Program-made: the position numbers and the translations under genes
Source of the DNA: Azolla caroliniana
Taxonomy: Eukaryota > Plantae > Polypodiophyta
NCBI GenBank assembly: GCA_043228905.1
Contig: JBHGNT010000008.1
Location: forward strand, 9,920,001 to 9,984,000
Reading direction: 5' to 3'
DNA: 64,000 nucleotides
The notes under the pieces: generated by a model
The model's database searches: none
The model's input: only the letters and a program-made list of their open reading frames with translations
Told to the model about the DNA's origin: nothing
Shown here: positions 61,914-64,000 of the stretch, piece after piece
Position numbering within the stretch: the first letter of the stretch is position 1
How the letters are laid out: each line of letters starts with the position of its first letter

Positions 61914-64000
61914 AAAGAAAGAAAGAAAGAAAGATATATTAACGTCTTTTAAGAGGCCAAAATGGCCTATAAGACCAAATAAGAGATTACATCTTGAGTG
62001 TTGTCTCGTCTTTGAGAACAAATTAAAAATAAAATAAATATTACACAGTAAATATAAAAGTAAGTAAGATGAAAAGAGAAGAAATGAGGGAATCTGGTTT
62101 TTGGCACATGTGAGATTCTCAAGTTAGGTATATTGTAGCTTTTGTCTTCGAAAGATCTCTAGCATAGGTCGATCCAGAATGGAAATGTCTCCGAAGCGAG
62201 GGAAGCACCTACGATGGCGGGAGATAATGGCTTTTATCTGTCGATAACAAGGGTGTCGAGGTCGTGGTCCATGGGGATGGGCCTACGTGCACGACAAATT
62301 GCTATTGCCCGATCAATTGTAACCCCTTTGTTATGTCCTCGTTTGGAGCCCATTTGTGTATCCCGTGATGGACTTGTAGCATTAGTAGGAGTGATGGGGT
62401 TAAAGAAAGTTGTGATTGTTCTTTGTGGATGAGCTTGTGTGGTTGTATTCTTCAACAACTTTTCCCGATGTCTCTTGAGCTCTAGCAAGAAAAGTCCTAG
62501 GCATCGTTGGTCGTCATATTCCATTACCTTGCGTAGTGGACCAAAGCCTTGTTTAAAGAGGCAATGGTATTTCCCTCTGATTTCATAAAAGACACTACAA
62601 TGACAAACATAGTGTTCCTCAGATTCCACTCCTTGATGACACAATTGGCCAATTCTCTCTTCTAGAGGTAGTCGTGTATATCTGCCTACCTCAATTTGTA
62701 GCTGATGTGATGAAGTTCACAACTGCCCTATCACACTACGCAGCGCATAGGATAGATGTATGTCCATATAAGGTGGCCTGATGATGAATCCATCCTCCGA
62801 TGTATGTAAGAAGTCCGTCTTATAGTGAGCCATCTTTTTACCAAGTGGTATTTTGGGGCTGATCCATGTTATCTTGTTTTACAAGTTAATAATATCAGTT
62901 CGGATCACTTTATTCTTTTCCACTTTGGTCATATTTAGGTGGGGACAATCCAAGCTATATTGGAACGAGGGTAGTGCATTTATACTCATGCCATGTGACT
63001 CGAACCATTGCTGCATTTCAGCATACCAACAATGAGTGTCTCCATTTTCAGCCAGTTGTCTTGATGACATAAGTACCAACCTTGGGTACCTTCGTTTAGG
63101 GAGCTCCCAAAGACGTTGGATAAATGTCATTGATTGGAACAATGCCTCGGTTATTATAGGTGCTGCTCCCATCTCTGCTCAGATTATATCATGGGGCACC
63201 AATGCTTTGCTCCTTATCATGCGATCAATCATTGACACTAAAGGTCTCTCTAAATCTTTCCAATGATTTGCCTTGTTAGGACTCGGTCCCCATGTTTCTA
63301 CTCCATAGAGAAGAGTTGGTGTGACAAGTGTATCAAATAACCATAGCTTAGTTTGTGGCTCTTGGAACTGCAAATGTGCACATTGTCTCTCGACAGCACC
63401 AAGGGCTGCATATCCACGAGAAAGTCGGGCACAAGCAGCCTCTTGTAAGGAGAACCTAGGTCCTGTAAATGTTACTCCTAGGTATGTGTAGGAGCGTGTA
63501 TATTCTACCTTTTCCTCTCCCAAGAAGAATTTGGGTTCTGATCTTGTTACCCATGCTTGAGTGGTGTTAAACACCATCACTTTAGTTTTGTCCATGTTGA
63601 TTGACAAACCTTTGTCCGTATAAAATAGTTTTAAGGCATTTAGATGTCTTCCTAGTCCCTCCGGAGAGTCAGAAATCAGCACAATGTCATGAGCATATAG
63701 TAATATTTGTATAGCTATACCTACTAGGCGTGCTCCGAAACCCCCGAATCTCTCTATGAAATGTGATACCTCATCTATATAGAGACCGAAGAGAGTGGGG
63801 GATAGTGGGCATCCTTGCTTCACTCCAATTGTGCTAGCCACCGCCTCTGACAAGCCCTTGGGAGACCACACTTTTCCTGACACGGATTCATAGACTCCCC
63901 ATTGCATATATGTAGGAACACCAAGGGCTTCTAGCCGCTGCATAAGCCTAGCACGTGGCATAGTGTCAAAGGCTTTTCGGAAATCCACAAAGCAATAATA
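61914..64000 (-). mobile_element. RTE-clade LINE (RT to 3' (TTTC)n tail), extends beyond the window
   Basis: ORF 63179-63988 DFRKAFD...GVKQGCPLSPTLF...LLYAHDIV...YTYLG, and C-terminal CHQGVESEEHYVCHC. (GAAA)n at 61914-61932. Confidence 0.92.

Overview
Repeat-rich nuclear DNA from a land plant. It is probably a fern or other seed-free plant, inferred from the Tcn1-type chromovirus, RTE LINEs, PLS-class PPR relic and long TE-filled introns. Bases 1-39.4 kb are almost entirely transposon-derived. They begin with an L1 3' end, a (TACA)n field holding a 1.4-kb non-autonomous LTR element, and a 601-bp hAT-type MITE. Next comes a four-level LTR nest: an old Gypsy contains a Tcn1-like chromovirus, which contains three Copia elements, two of which hold a further Copia or a gag-only tRNA-Trp-primed element. 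An inverted-repeat-bracketed ATXR5/6-like PHD fragment and an L1 ORF1 with a solo LTR follow. Two host genes are present: a 9-exon FAD-dependent oxidoreductase (+, 39645-46041) and the last two exons of a MAPR4-like gene (-, 50737-51160), whose upstream intron (>12.8 kb) is filled with RTE LINEs and a deleted Copia. A PPR pseudogene lies between them. The most notable signals are: (1) a textbook Tf1-style self-priming geometry in the chromovirus; (2) outward-facing tRNA-like Pol III A/B-box cassettes in the U3 of two unrelated LTRs; (3) a group of LTR elements with 4-bp TSDs and non-Met primers, including the youngest elements here, with the gag-only member sharing a pre-PPT hairpin with the old Gypsy; (4) a captured ATXR5/6-like PHD fragment between convergent TATA-containing inverted repeats. 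All coordinates and mismatch counts were read by eye, and no database searches were run.
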